Source: Octopus vulgaris
Lineage: Eukaryota
DNA length: 64,000 nt
Assembly (NCBI GenBank): GCA_951406725.2
Contig: OX597827.1
Span: 49,972,001 to 50,036,000 of the forward strand
Reading direction: 5' to 3'
Shown here: piece after piece, positions 11,914-24,368 of the stretch
Position numbering within the stretch: position 1 is the stretch's first letter
Layout: every line of letters starts with the position of its first letter
Program-made: the position numbers and the translations under genes
Notes under the pieces: model-generated
The model's database searches: none
Seen by the model: the letters and a program-made list of their open reading frames with translations, nothing else
What the model was told of the DNA's origin: nothing

Positions 11914-14232
11914 TTAAAGGCACAAAGAAAATCTAGCTTGGGCGCTGGGGTAGGGTAATATAACAGACCAAGATACTTCTAACTGCTTGTACATATCCAA
12001 ATCTGAAAAATTGGGCCAATTGCTAGGAGCAGTGTATTAGTGATAAGTTAGATCTTATTAGATTTATTCCTGGTTTTTAATTCTTGACCCCATTCCCAGA
12101 ATTGCATGATACAGTAGACTTTAATAAGGGGTCACTTGTAACAAAGAACAGTAAAGCATATTGTTTTAGTCTACTGTCTTCATTATCATTGCTAATCCAC
12201 TGGACTTGAAGTATTGTAAAATGACATAATTAGCTTCACATTCACACTGACAGAAGCTAGTGTGGGATGGCATGATTTAATGATAGGAAAGGGAGGAGCC
12301 AGCATTTTCTATCTCTGGCAACTATTTAACATATAGCATCTGTGTTGGTTAGCTGTTTATGTTATATAAGAAAGATGTGATGAAGTCATTCTGGTGTATG
12401 CATATGTACCATGTTGTGTGTGTATTTGTTTATGCATGTATGTGATTTATAAGGTATGTGCAGATGTAGAAGATAAGTGAGAGAGAGAGACAGAGAGACA
12501 GCAAGAGAGAAAAAGAGGTGTTGAAGCTATGAAGCTATTTTGCTAAAAAGCTTACTCATAGCTTGTCATAGTAACCTAGAAAATAAACTACCCTATAAAA
12601 ATAGATTTTAAAAAAAAAGGAGAAAGAGAATGGATGTTGATGAAGACTTAGTTATTATGCTTTACTTATTTATTTAACCCAGTAACCAAACATTTCTCTG
12701 GGAACCAAATAAGAAATACCAATTTTGACTGAGATTTGAAAAATACAAAAAAAGACTAGAAAACAGTAAAATAATCAACCACTAATTTTTAGAAACAAAT
12801 TCTTAACAGAGACAATATTTAAAAGCAGTAGTTTAATAAGAAGAATAATAGGTTGCATACATACAAAGCAGCTTTTCTATTTTTTTAAACTGTTGCTTTT
12901 AAATATTGTCTTTGTAAAGACTTTTTTTAAAGTGAAACAGCAACCTTGAGCTCTCAGCAGAAGAAGTAAACACCTTCCTTTGCAAAACTCCAAGAGAACA
13001 TGAATTCAACCAAAGCAAAATTCTTATAAGCCTGCTTCCCCCACCAGGTTTGACATGAGTGAGCCAATATAGAGGGTAGTTCAAGAATTTGTTCTGGAAG
13101 CAAGGCCAGTCTCTGTTCCAGGGCACAGTGTCTATACTATACCATACAGTGTCAATAAACACTAAGACTCACCCAACAACTGTGGAAGATGCATTCTTCA
13201 GCATCTTGTCCTGTCAGCTAACAAAATTCCTCTGGGACAATGAGAATATTTACACATAAATACAGGAAGATGAGGCTGCTACACACACATGCACACATAC
13301 ATGCACACACACACACATCCATCTATACATCTATAAGTCTATGGCTGCATCTTATTATCCTTTTGGCGCATTCATTGATTAAGTTCTCTTCACTCAAAAG
13401 ATGCACAGGGATTCCTCTGAGCACAGATGGCAATTTCTAGAAAAAGTATTGTATGGATGTGCATAGTTTATTATGTATCAAGTAATGCTATATTTTAGGC
13501 CACCCTTGTTTAGTCTCCATATTAGGTCTGCAAGTGAGGTAGAATTCCTCTTGTCAGTTGAATTGGAACTGGCAACATGGTTGCAATATTGATTTTCAAA
13601 AAAAATCCACAGATGCCCCTATATACACATATGCATCTCCTCTTGTACTGACTGTGCATTTGTATATTATGTTTTGATAATAATGTTTACCAGATTTCTT
13701 GGTGCATATTCAAAATAATGAAATGAACACTGAGTTTTAAAAGAAAAATATTTTTTACTTTAAAATAAAATTAAGTATAACCTATTTCTTATTTCTTCTA
13801 ACATATCTGTATTCCTCTTTTGCTCTCACTCTCTATCCTACTATTTCATGTAAAGTGTGACTGGAGAAATCAATCAACCAAATTTTCAACTAACATATAT
13901 ATTAGCTATTACTATATAGGGATGTGTGTGTGCGTGTGTGTGTGTGTGTGTGCATGTGCTCGTGCATGCATTTGTATTTATATGTACATGTATATATGTG
14001 TATTTATGGTTAAGTACTTGTAAAAGAAAATAAAAGTTCTCCCACCTGAAGAAGCATTTTGTCCAAATCTAAGAGAATCATCTCCCAATAGCCTACTAAT
14101 GTAAAAAAAACTTTATATTTTGCTACAGAAAAAGTATAACTTTAGCTGATGTGGAGCATCACCATTTTGTTACATTCTGGTTCATAGAATATTTTCATAT
14201 GTATATATATACATGTATATGTGTGTGTGTGC

Positions 14233-14279
<47 letters not shown>

Positions 14280-14295
14280 AGATGCAGCATGGAAT

Positions 14296-14346
14296 TTTGT
14301 CAGTGAACAGGTCGTGGTTTCAAAATGACGAAAATATTTTGACAAA
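14296..14346 (+). ncRNA. Minimal type-I hammerhead ribozyme motif, G3-C8 variant, in a (TA)n-flanked element (~14278-14430)
   Basis: tttgtca GTGAACA G GTCGT ggtttcaaa ATGAC GAAA ATAT TT tgacaaa. Helix I 7 bp perfect; helix II 5 bp; helix III palindrome AATATT. Confidence 0.65.
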
Positions 14347-14467
14347 TTAGATTTAAATGTGAAAGTGAATCTAACAGTTTTTGCGTGTTTTTAATGGCTT
14401 ATAAACACCTTCTAAGCTGCAATTGTTATATATATATATATATATAGATAGATATATATAGATATGT

Positions 14468-14658
14468 AAAGAGAAAGTTCTTGATGCAGTATTATATATA
14501 TTTGAAAGAATGAGTAGAGATGACATTTTTGAGGGGATAAATTTTTATTTTAATCTTAAAACTTTATTAAGTTTAAAATAAAAATTAACCCCTGAAAAAA
14601 GCCATCTCCACTCATTCTTCCAAATATATATAATACTGCACTAAGAACTTTCTGTTTA
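14468..14658. repeat. ~190-bp foldback (two ~85-bp inverted arms)
   Basis: 14468-14553 is largely the reverse complement of 14573-14658; flanked by TA/TATC microsatellites. Confidence 0.85.
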
Positions 14659-14866
14659 TCATTCTACTATGTATCTATCTATCTATCTATCTATCTTTTG
14701 TTTCTTTTCCTTTTTTTTCTTTTCTCCCTTTTAATCGAAAACCTACGCCACTTTTTTTTTTCCATCCCCAAAAAGAAAAGCTCTACCTTGTAATTTTGTC
14801 CCATCTGTGTGCAGCCCTGTGTGGCTAATAAAGAAACTTATCTATCTATCTATCTATCTATCTGTC

Positions 14867-14920
<54 letters not shown>

Positions 14921-15764
14921 TACATATAAATACACACACATATATAAATACACACACACACACACACACACACACATAAATACATACATACATATTTGTA
15001 TGCATATCTATATACATACATAGATACATACATATGCATGTATACATATGAAGTTGATATCAATAAATAGTTACACACACAATTACTTGCATATGACTTT
15101 ACAAAAATGTACTGTTGTGTATTTTGTTTAACACCCACCAATTCTGTCTGACTGCCAATCTTTTTTTTCTTTTTTATTCGTCTCATGAAATTTCTCTGTT
15201 AGTTTGTTGATCTGCTTGCCTGCTTTGTAATATTCTGAAGGACTTCCTACTCAGAGATTTTTTAGAATAGTGTGTGTAGAAATCTGAGAATGCTGTGAAC
15301 GCGAGGAAATATCAAGATCAAACCCACCTACACAATAATGTGGTGTCTGTTAGTTGGCTTCCTTTTCTTTCTCTTTCCTGTGTATGTGTGTGTGTGAATG
15401 TGCATGCACATGTGTGCTCATGCGCACGTGTGTGTGTGTGTGGGCATGCACATTAAGAAGGCTAATTCAAAACAGAAGCGAAAGGAGAGGAGGAAGAATA
15501 TATGAAGAGATACAACTTTATTGCTGTGTATTATTCTTCAATTAGGTAGGTTGAAAATGGCGACAGAGTAGTCCTTATTGCCCTTTGAGATTCCTCTAGG
15601 CAAGACGGATGCAGGAGCTAAATGAAATAACTCATGAGTGGCCAGTGGCATGTATTTGATCTACAATTACTAGATGGCAATTAGCCTCTTAACATACATA
15701 TTTTTTTTCAATTTCCATGCAAAAAATATCTTTTTTTTATCATTTACTTTGAATCTGTATACAA

Positions 15765-16283
15765 TGCCGGTGGCACGTAAAAAGCACCATCCAAATGTGG
15801 CCGATGCCAGTGCTGCCTCGACTGGCTTCCGTGCCAGTGGCACATAAAAGACACCATCCGAACGTGGCCAATGCCAGCGCCGCCTTGACTGGCTTCCGTG
15901 CCAGTGGCACGTAAAAATCACCATCCGAACGTGGCCGATGCCAGTGCCGCCTCGACTGGCTTCCGTGCCAGTGACACGTAAAAAACACCATCCGAACATG
16001 GCCAATGCCAGCGCTGCCTCGACTGGCTTCCGTGCCCATGGTATGTAAAAAGCACCAACCGATCATGGCCGTTGCCAGCCTCGCCTGGCACCTGTGCTGG
16101 TGGCATGTAAAAAGCACCCACAACACTCACAGAGTGGTTGGCGTTAGGAAGGGCATCTAGCTGTAGAAACACTGCTAGATCAGACTGGAGCCTGGTGCAG
16201 CCTTCTGGCTTCCCAGATCCCGGTCGAACCGTCCAACCCATACTAGCATGGAAAACAGACGTTAAACGATGATGATGATGATG
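15765..16283 (+). mobile_element. RTE LINE 3' UTR with four full and further partial 67-bp tandem units
   Basis: Units TGCC(G/A)GTGGCACGTAAAAAGCACCATCCG...GACTGGCTTCCG at about 15765, 15832, 15899 and 15966; (GAT)n tail. Confidence 0.85.
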
Positions 16284-17726
16284 AAGGAAGAATGAGTTCA
16301 CAAATTATTTTGGATCAGTTATGAATTATTATGAAGTTACAAATAGAAATGATAGTTACTGATAGTTAATGATAGAAAACAGGAATAACATTATAAAAGA
16401 AGTATTTTGGGTTGGAAATAAGTGACAGATACCTCAGAGTACAGTGAACATATATTTTCATTCAAATATATATTTGCTAGACATCTCTGAACTAAGATAG
16501 ATAGGATAATATGTTAAGAGGTTAAGGCAGGCTACATTTGAGAAAGGGAGATATTCTCAAGAATCAGTAATTCTCCAAAATTGATATGCCATTCATAAAA
16601 GGACAGGCTTACTGTCTAGAGATAAGGACAGTTGTGGACATGTGTTTCTGGCTCTGTCACTGTCACAATTGCCCAACCTTCTCACCAATGGTCAAGGGAC
16701 TTAGATTTATACAAAAAAAGGAGTAGAACACACTTATGGCCTAGGTGATTTGATTAATTTAAACAAAAATGAGCTAAGAGAAATATTAGTGTCCTGTTTG
16801 AACTTTTGCTAAAAGGGACCTAGGGAAGAAGGAGATAGTTTAGTACTGGGGTGGTGTTTTTATGAGGGAGAAATACAAAAAAAAACAAAAACATCTATAC
16901 CTATTGGCTATGGTAAAAACAGCAGGGTAAAAGGATGGTATATATGTTAAACTATATACACTACCTTGTATATTGGTATATGAAAGAATATATATATATA
17001 TACAAGGGAGAATTTTACTTAATCTTCTAATTGTTTCAAAAAGCAATGTAAAAGCTAGATTCTCATAAATTAACTTTAGAGGCCAATTTGGGTGTAGAAT
17101 GAAGCCAGATGTTTTGTTGTGAAAGGCATGGGCTAATTTAGCTCCTTCAAGGAAACAGTTGATAAGTGAAGAAATAGTCAGCCTTCATCATTTTATTAAC
17201 ATCTCAAATTACTTAATTTTATTCTCATTCTTCATTCTGTTTTGCCTTTTCTTCCACCCACTGTTTGATTTTGTCTGTTTCTTTATTTTGTATCTTGATT
17301 ATAATTTATTTTGTCTGCCACTTTATCTATGGGTTTAGTTATATCTGCAGATTGCTGAAAATAACACACTGCTTTGGGTATTCATTCTCACATTGAGTAA
17401 AATGACAGTATGATCTAACAAAGGAATTGCTTCAAACAATCACCTGAACAAGCATACCTTACATCAAGGAGTTAGCAACTTCTTTGCCTCCATGGGCCGG
17501 ATTGAGCATTAATGACAGATAGTGGGCTGGACGAAGGTCATGAAAGAATAATAATGGAAAATTACACAAGCTAAAATTTAATCTCAAGTGTTGACTATAC
17601 TTAAAAATAATTTATATTAATCACAGATGAATGTAGTAATGGAAAAACATCATTTATTCAATTCAAGACATCGTTGTAATCATTTGTTTAAAAAATCTTT
17701 AAAATACTTAGTAGCCAAAAAATTAA

Positions 17727-18060
17727 AGGGAAACCTGATGTTTTTTGTTCCTTAAAAGCTTCTCAATATTAGACTTCAAACTTGTTGGTGCCAAGAGCAA
17801 AATATTATCAAGACGATTCTCGGTTAATCTTGTTTTCAAATTGTTCTTAGTTTGCTTCTATTTGAGGTCGACTTTGCCTTTCATCCTTTAGGGGTCAATA
17901 AAATTAAGTACCAGTTATGCAGTGGGGTCGATGTAATCGACTTAATCCGTTTGTCTGTCCTTGGTTGTCCTCTCTATGTTTAGCCCCTTGTGGGTAATAA
18001 AGAAACATATTTGGAAAATAATTGCTCACACTGATAAGTGCTTCCAAACAAAAATGCCAA
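17727..18060 (-). mobile_element. hAT (SPIN/GTF2IRD2-type) transposase C-terminal dimerisation-domain relic
   Basis: Minus strand LFGSTYQCEQLFSK, then a SINE, then KQTKNNLKTRLTENRLDNILLLAPTSLKSNIEKLLRNKKHQVSL*. A possible degraded TIR lies near 17465. Confidence 0.8.
17865..18007 (+). mobile_element. SINE family C, 5'-truncated, inserted in the hAT
   Basis: Family core sequence; TSD TATTTG at 17859-17864 and 18008-18013. Confidence 0.85.
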
Positions 18061-18244
18061 ATGTTTTTCATGATTCACTAAGTTGGTATCAGATTAATAG
18101 CCTTCACAACAATATCCATAGCAAGTTGTTTCCAAATTCCTGGCAAAGTGAATTGTATCATAGCGCTGTTTTTCTCACAGACAGTGCCCAACTGACCCTA
18201 CTACGCTGTATATTTGACAAACTCAAAAACAAATAATGTGCATA

Positions 18245-18409
18245 GGTGCAGGAGTGGCTGTGTGATAAGTAGCTTGTTTACCAACCACATGGTTCTGGGT
18301 TCAATCCCACTGCATGGCACCTTGGGCAAGTGTCTTCTACTATAGCCTCGGGCCGACCAAAGCCTTGTGAGTGGATTTGGTAGACGGAAACTGAAAGAAA
18401 CCCGTCGTA

Positions 18410-18453
<44 letters not shown>

Positions 18454-18676
18454 TGTGTGTGTTTGTGTGTCTGTGTTTGTCCCCCTAGAATTGCTTGACA
18501 ACCGATGCTGGTGTGTTTTTGTCCCCGTTTCTTAGCGGTTCAGCAAAAGAGACCGATAGAATAAGTACTGGGCTTACAAAAAGAATAAGTCATGGGGTTG
18601 AGTTGCTTGATTAAAGGTGGTGCTCCAGCATGGCCACAGTCAAATGACTGAAACAAGTAAAAGAGTAAAGAGTAAA
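18245..18676 (+). mobile_element. SINE family B, full length, with internal (TA)n(TG)n
   Basis: Head GGAGTGGCTGTGTG; tail ATGACTGAAACAAGTAAAAGAGTAAAG. Confidence 0.9.
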
Positions 18677-19351
18677 GTAGTTTCAGCAGTAATATGAAAT
18701 AGATATTGGTCAGAATTTCTGGCCATGAAATTTCAGTTGCTTCATCAAGTGAATTATCAATTTCATTGAATTCATATGCAAGTGACTGAGTATTCCACAG
18801 GCATGTGCATCCATAGCCTAATTCTTGAGTGGAACCAGTGTAACACAATATGACAGGGCTGGACCTTTGAATTACAAATTCAGTCTATTTGTTATGTTAC
18901 TATATAGTTCCTGACTGCTCAGTTTCACTTACAACAGAAGGATCAATGTAAGCCTATACAAAATGAATCTTGCCCAAAATGCCACATACTGAGATTAAAA
19001 ACCTAATGAGTCCTAATGATTGCAAAGTAACTTCTTAACCATTTGGCCATTCTGTGCTGACAGTTCTAGATATACTAGATATACTTTTAGAAAACATCTG
19101 GAATGTATTTGATTAGAAGTCTGCTTGGTTAGAACTGAATTAGGGATAAACAACAGAAATATAGGAGGAGATGGGATGATGGAGTTAGAAGAGAAATGGC
19201 ATGAGAGAAGATAAAGAAACTGAGAGAAGCCAGTGCTAAGGAATGTAGAATAATGAGATTGGCAGATTGGCTGACAAGTAAAGGAGGAGGAAGATAGACA
19301 TAGAACCATAAAGGAAGTGAAGAAAATGAAGAGGGCTGCATTAGGGAAATA

Positions 19352-19382
<31 letters not shown>

Positions 19383-20029
19383 TTGTGTGTGCGTGTGTGT
19401 ATGTATGTGTGTGTGTGTGTTTGTGTGTGTGTAAGTATGTATGTATGTATGTATGTGTGTGTGCGTGTGCATGTGTATGTATGTATGTATGTGTGTGTGT
19501 GTGTGTGTGTGTTTGTATGCATGTATGTGTATTTGTATGCATGCATGTATATATGTCATTGTTTAGTTTTATTTCAAGATTTCTTGCCAACAGAGGAACA
19601 GCTGATTTCTAACCTAGATCCAAGGTCCCTTCATTGGAACTTCAACATCAGCTGGGTATTTTTGTATGTATGTATGTATGTATGTATGTATGTATGTATG
19701 TATGTACAATGTATCTGAAGATATTATGCAAATCAGTTTTTTTTTTTTAATAAAATGAATGTACATGTACAAAGGAAGCTGAAATTTTAGGATCTTGGTA
19801 AAAATGCTCTTTCTTAATTGTGGCTAAAATTTGTCATACATTTGATCTGTTTTTTTTTTTTTTGTGAGTAATTGAGAATTTACTGAAATTGGCTGTCTGA
19901 AGTTATTATGCAAATGTTGGAATTGTTATTTGCTCTGCATATCAGGACAATTAAAATATATGAACCCATTATGGATTTTTTACTAATTCAAAGAACAATG
20001 TTTCAATATATACTTGAAACAATTTACAT

Positions 20030-20480
20030 GTATCAGGTACTTGGTTGATATTTCCTGTTCCTGGATTGCAAATGCATACCCTTCAAAGTGGGTGGTAGTA
20101 ATCTGGCTATTGGTCCATGATAAACTGCTTTGATGATCAATGTTACTATCATCACGGAGCTTTCTACTAACATAGCCATGAATAATCTTCTGCTCATATA
20201 GTCTCATTCTTTCATTTGATGATATGTTGTGGTAGAGTTGCAAAACTTCTTTGGACATGTATTCCAGGTTATTAGACAAAGAATGTTGCTCAAGGAGCTG
20301 CCTTCCAAGTCTTATGATGTTATCAGCCTCATGTATGCAAACTTGGTCAAAGGATGCACTTCGACACTTGGTAGTTAAAAGATGTTGCCGAAGGAATATG
20401 ATGCAACATTCAAAGGCATTTTGGATCAATGTTAAGCCTCAGCCACTTTGTTTTCACTTTAGGTAGAGGTGGTGTACCAC
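20030..20480 (-). mobile_element. R4/Dong-clade non-LTR fragment
   Basis: ORF 19983-20429 contains SLSWTNSQITTTHFEGYAFAIQEQEISTKYL; homologous to 3965-4640. Confidence 0.75.
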
Positions 20481-20580
20481 ATTGTTTATGTGGAAATTAT
20501 GTGTGCTTGTTAGTATTTTTCGGGTTTTCACAGGTATGTATATATGTTTGTATGCATATATGTATGTTTGTATATATATA

Positions 20581-20781
20581 AAGTTAATCCAAACAAGAAA
20601 ACCCAAAAAACACAACGCGAGGACATGGAACAAATATAGTATTATTGGACGCTCAGGAAAGAAGGGAAGAAGGAGGATTTAACGTTTCGAGCGGAGCTCT
20701 TCGTCGGAAAAATAGGAGAAGGAAAGATCCCGAGAAGGGAAGACAGAGGGAAAAAATCGCCAACGGTACACACGAGGTCAC
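20581..20781 (-). mobile_element. Penelope-like terminal-repeat fragment with hammerhead motif (20678-20710)
   Basis: Minus strand: ttt CCGACGA A GAGC tcc GCTC GAAA CG TT aaa. (TA)n-flanked; same family as 23590-23810 (+). Confidence 0.6.
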
Positions 20782-20790
20782 AATATATAT

Positions 20791-21345
20791 ATTACCTCCC
20801 TTTGCAGGTTTAGGGCACCGTGACGGTGTCGAGCCTTTCTGGTGACGTCGATGTTCGCCTGGGGCTAAATGCAACAGTAACACCCCCACCACCCTGCCCT
20901 GTCCCTAGCCATATTCAGATGGCTTTAGTCCCTTATGTTGTCGAGCAGTTACTGTCTATATTCCTTTTAGAGAATTATTATTGCTTTCGAACAGATTTTC
21001 GAAATCAGCAAATGTATTTTGCTTGAAAATCTATATAAGAAAATCCTGCAGAGAGAGAATTCGTCGAGGAAGCGGAGGCCTACCACACGCCGATGATAGG
21101 CAATACACCTTGAAACCATGGTCCGTGTGTGGTTTCCGCTTCATCGGGGAATTACCTCCCTTTGCAGGTTTAGGGCACCGTGACGGTGTCGAGCCTTTCT
21201 GGTGACGTCGATGTTCGCCTGGGGCTAAATGCAACAGTAACACCCCCACCACCCTGCCCTGTCCCTAGCCATATTCAGATGGCTTTAGTCCCTTATGTTG
21301 TCGAGCAGTTACTGTCTATATTCCTTTTAGAGAATTATTATTGCT
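20791..21345 (+). mobile_element. Candidate retrozyme: 360-bp unit present 1.5 times, 195-bp identical direct repeats, internal hammerhead
   Basis: 20791-20985 equals 21151-21345 base for base. HHR in the spacer; (TA)n on both sides; no credible protein. Confidence 0.65.
21058..21153 (+). ncRNA. Type-I hammerhead ribozyme with extended helix I; predicted cleavage GUC^ after 21123
   Basis: cacacg CCGATGA T AGG caataca CCT T GAAA CCATGG TC cgtgtg. Helix I extends through GGCC/GGTT, GAAGCGGA/TCCGCTTC, CGA/TCG and AATTC/GAATT. Confidence 0.75.
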
Positions 21346-21504
21346 ATATATATATATATATATATATATGCATGTGTGTGTGTGTGTGTGTTTCTGTATG
21401 TATGTACATATGTATGTGTGTGTTTATATATGCATGCATGTAGGAGGAGTTAGCTAACAATGCCACAAACAAACACACACCGATTTTCCACATGAAATAG
21501 ACAT

Positions 21505-21587
<83 letters not shown>

Positions 21588-21652
21588 TATATATTGTGTC
21601 GTCTTCTAAGAGTTATACGTTCTTGTCCATGTTGTATTTTTCTACATACCTT

Positions 21653-21686
<34 letters not shown>

Positions 21687-21985
21687 TTCAGTAAAAATTT
21701 AGATTCAGTTGAATATGGTAACTTAAGTTAGATGCACCAGAATTTAGTATGGTATTATCCATATAATTCAAAATGGGGTGATTATAATTAAAATAATCAA
21801 CAAGGATATCCAGAGGTAATGCAGTATGATTGTTAATGGAATAACTATAAAAATGAATCTTTTAAATGCAAGCATATAGATATACATATGTTTATATATA
21901 TATACATATATATATAAATATATGTGTATGTATGTTTGTATATATATTAGTATATATGTATATATATATATATATGTGTATGCCC

Positions 21986-22241
21986 CCGTGCTGGTGGCAC
22001 GTAAAAGCACCATCCGTTCGTGGCCGTTTGCCAGCTCCGTCTGGCACCTGTGCGGGTGGCACGTAAAAAGCACCCACTACACTCACGGAGTGGTTGGCAT
22101 TAGGAAGGGCATCCAGCCATAGAAACACTGCCAGATCAGACTGGGCCTGATGCAGCCTTCTGGCTTCACAGACCCCAGTTGAACCGTCCAACCCATGCTA
22201 GCATGGAAAGCGGACGCTAAATGATGATGATGATGATGATG
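21986..22241 (+). mobile_element. RTE LINE 3' end
   Basis: Family 3' UTR and (GAT)n tail. Confidence 0.85.
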
Positions 22242-22486
22242 TGTATGTATATATATAAATATATATATATATATGTATATATATATAAAACGAAATATTG
22301 CCACAGTGTTTAGGCATAAACAAAGTTTAGGTTAGTTACAAAATATTTGTGTCATATTTCAACTGCTAAACGACAAATTCACTAGTTACCATTGAGATAA
22401 AATGTTTTGTCTACAGTAAATGCAGTGAATTTGCCTTTTAGCAGTTGAAATATGTCATAAACATATTTTGACTAACCTAAACTTTG

Positions 22487-22534
<48 letters not shown>

Positions 22535-22979
22535 TGTACCACATACACACACATATACGCACACACATATATACCCACACACATGCACACACACACACAA
22601 CGCACAACATGCACGCATGCACACCGCACACCTACACGCATACACACACACACACGCACGTACACATACATACATACACACACGCATACATACACCCATA
22701 CACATACATGCATCCTACACACACATACATACACACTCACACATACATACACACACACCACTCACTCACACACCTGTATGTTCGCGCACACACATGCACA
22801 TACACACACTTCCCCACACCCACACGTACATACATACACACTCATACACACATACACACACACACACACGGACATACATCTATGCACACATATATACACA
22901 CATACTCACATACATTCATCGGACACACTCCACCCAGACATACACACAGACACACTCACACATCCACACGCACACATAC

Positions 22980-23810
22980 GTACGCGCACACTCAGGCTCG
23001 CGCACGCCGCGTTTGCGCCGGTTGCGCCGCATGCGCCCGCATGCACCTCGCCCTGGATCCGACGAGACCTCCCGCCCGTTCCTGGGATGTCGCTTGTCGT
23101 TGGGTTTTCCCACGCCCGTCTCCGCGGGACCACTCCTCCATCTTCCTCCGCTGGAGTCCTTTCCTAAACCTTTTTTTCGTTACACACACGCACACATATA
23201 CACACATTGCTTAAACATATACATCACTCTTACACATTCAATCTACTCGCCACTATACTACCACGACACTGGACACACACACACACTACTACTCAACACA
23301 CGCTGGCACGCTACATACGCCCCCACCCCTTCCCTCCTCCTTCCTCCTTCCTCCTTTTCTCACTACTGACCTTGTCTGCTATGCTGCTATGCTGACCACC
23401 GTCTCGCCTACCTCACACGCCTACACACAGACGCACACACTAACACATACATATATTTTTTTTTTTTTACCTCGCCTCACACACACATACACACACGCAC
23501 ACGCACACACTCACACATACACACACATCTGTTGCGTTACCAACCTTGTCTCCACTCTTTTGCCTTTAAAACCCACTTTGCTCTTGTTATCGTAAACATC
23601 CGCCTTTCACCATGTGCTTCTGCTAACACCAGCCGTTTTTCTCTCTCGTTGCGCTCCGGGATCTTTCTTTCCTCCTCTTCTTCTTATGTTTCGACGAGAG
23701 CTCCTCGAAACGTCATACCTCCTCTTCCTTTTCCTGAGCGCCTATTAATAATAATACTGTAATTGTTCCCTTGTTGTTGTTTGTTTCCGTTTGGATTAAA
23801 ATTATATATA
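22980..23810 (+). mobile_element. Degraded Penelope-like 3' region with hammerhead motif (23688-23718)
   Basis: GC-rich 22980-23170 has only faint resemblance to a GIY-YIG C-terminus. It is followed by a CA-rich spacer, then gttT CGACGA GAG ctc CTC GAAA CG TC atac, homologous to 20581-20781. Confidence 0.45.
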
Positions 23811-23954
23811 AATAAATATATATATATATATACATACACACACACACATACATATGTATGTATGCATGTATGTACATCAAATAACTCATTTTTTTAATGG
23901 TCGAACTTGATGTAGATAAAAGTGTTGATAACAGCATGTAGAATATTATTTTTT

Positions 23955-24162
23955 ATTTTATTAGTTTTATTATTTTATTTGTTTCAGTCATTTTACTGCA
24001 GCCATGCTGGAGCACTACCTTTAGTGAAATAAATTGACCCCAGGACTTATTCTTAGTAAGCCTAGTACTTATTCTATCAGTCTCTTTTATCGAACCACTA
24101 AATTTAGTGGGACTTCTGTTGTCAAGTGATGGGGGGGGGACAAATACACACAAATATATGCA

Positions 24163-24193
<31 letters not shown>

Positions 24194-24368
24194 GTGTAGA
24201 AAAATACAAATATACGATTGGCTTCTTTCAGTATCTGTCTACCCAATCCACTCACAAGGCTTTGTAAGAAGGCTTAGCAAGAAGACACTTGCCCAAGGTG
24301 CCACACAGTGGGACTGAACCCAGAACCATGTGGTTGGGAAGCAAGCTTTTTACTACATAGCCACTCCA
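23955..24368 (-). mobile_element. SINE family B
   Basis: Reverse complement of family head and tail. Confidence 0.85.

Noticed and set aside
13173-13217. Possible 45-nt minus-strand exon (LTGQDAEECIFHSCW) with AG/GTGAGT boundaries
   Set aside because: No recognisable homology or partner exons; such sites occur by chance.
15765-16100. Regularly spaced repeats resembling a CRISPR array
   Set aside because: The whole 67-bp unit repeats with no unique spacers and no cas genes; it is a LINE 3' UTR.
22468-23369. Long His/Thr-rich ORFs (227-250 aa), and similar ORFs at 19013-19718, 14850-15186 and 48084-48576
   Set aside because: They are translations of (CA)n/(TA)n/(TG)n microsatellites, which lack stop codons. 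The 22.5-23.6 kb tract also looks noisy and may be low-quality sequence.
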